Assembly: GCA_964057225.1 (NCBI GenBank)
Contig: OZ059894.1
Span: 12,772,001-12,836,000, forward strand
Direction: 5' to 3'
DNA from: Auanema rhodensis
Lineage: Eukaryota; Animalia; Nematoda
DNA length: 64,000 bases
Below the pieces are notes generated by a model. It did no database searches, had not been told where the DNA came from, and saw nothing but the letters and a program-made list of their open reading frames with translations. The number at the start of each line of letters is the position of its first letter. Within the stretch, counting starts at the first letter, position 1. Both the position numbers and the translations under genes were made by a program. Shown here piece after piece: positions 63,429 through 64,000 of the stretch.

Positions 63429-64000
63429 AATATTATAAAATATTTTCATGTTTTATTTCTTGAGTATCAAAATATTCAAACTTTTTTTTTTCACTGTTTA
63501 AAATCTTAATGAACGAATGAATTGTTTCAAAACTATTGTAAAAATATGAGATTGTTTCAAAATACGTGATTAAATGAAGGAAATGGAGTAAAATGAATTG
63601 GAAAATTATAAAATATTTTCATGTTTTATTTCTTGAGTTTCAAAATATTCAAACTTTTTTTTTTCACTGTTTAAAATCTTAATGAACGAATGAATTGTTT
63701 CAAAACTATTGTAAAAATTTGAGATTGTTTCAAAATACGTGATTAAATGAAGAAAATGGAGTAAAATGAATTGGAAAATTATAAAATATTTCCATGTTTT
63801 ATTTTTTTAGTATCAGAAAATTCAAATTAAGATCGTTTTTAATGTTTCAAATCTCAATGAACGAATGAATTGTTTCAAAACTATTGTAAAAATATGAGAT
63901 TGTTTCAAAATACGTGATTAAATGAAGAAAATGGAGTAAAATGAATTGGAAAATTATAAAATATTTTCATGTTTTATTTCTTGAGTTTCAAAATATTCAA
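63424..64000. repeat. Continuation of the 173/175-bp satellite array; runs off the right edge
   Basis: Same monomers in the same orientation, with HOR order continuing (monomers 13-14-15-16). Confidence 0.99.

Noticed and set aside
1-64000. Telomeric repeats, canonical CENP-B box, tRNA/rRNA genes, or an element-encoded primer tRNA
   Set aside because: I saw no TTAGGC/TTAGGG tracts, no CENP-B box consensus and no cloverleaf or sequence complementary to the PBS by eye. A tRNAscan-SE/Infernal run would be needed to exclude these formally.

Overview
Eukaryotic, probably nematode, DNA; the host call is inferred only from the element type. About 54 kb of the 64 kb is a homogeneous, AT-rich (~20% GC) tandem satellite with three monomer classes: A = 173 bp, B = 175 bp and rare C = 175 bp. 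These are ordered into an 18-monomer higher-order repeat (HOR) of 3132 bp plus locally derived 6-, 14- and 18/19-mer variants. One full-length, very young BEL/Pao (Belpaoviridae-type) LTR retroelement interrupts the array at 53495-63423. It has 859-bp TG...CA LTRs that differ at one position by eye, a 5-bp ATTGG target-site duplication, a tRNA-Gly-like PBS and a PPT. It encodes Gag-PR-RT-RNaseH-IN fused in frame to a phlebovirus-like Gn/Gc (class II fusion) envelope. After Gc comes an unrecognised ~233-aa C-terminal protein preceded by its own signal-peptide-like segment. Gag is broken by a +1 frameshift at ~55022 that looks like a ~38-bp microhomology deletion. No host genes, RNA genes or CRISPR arrays are evident.
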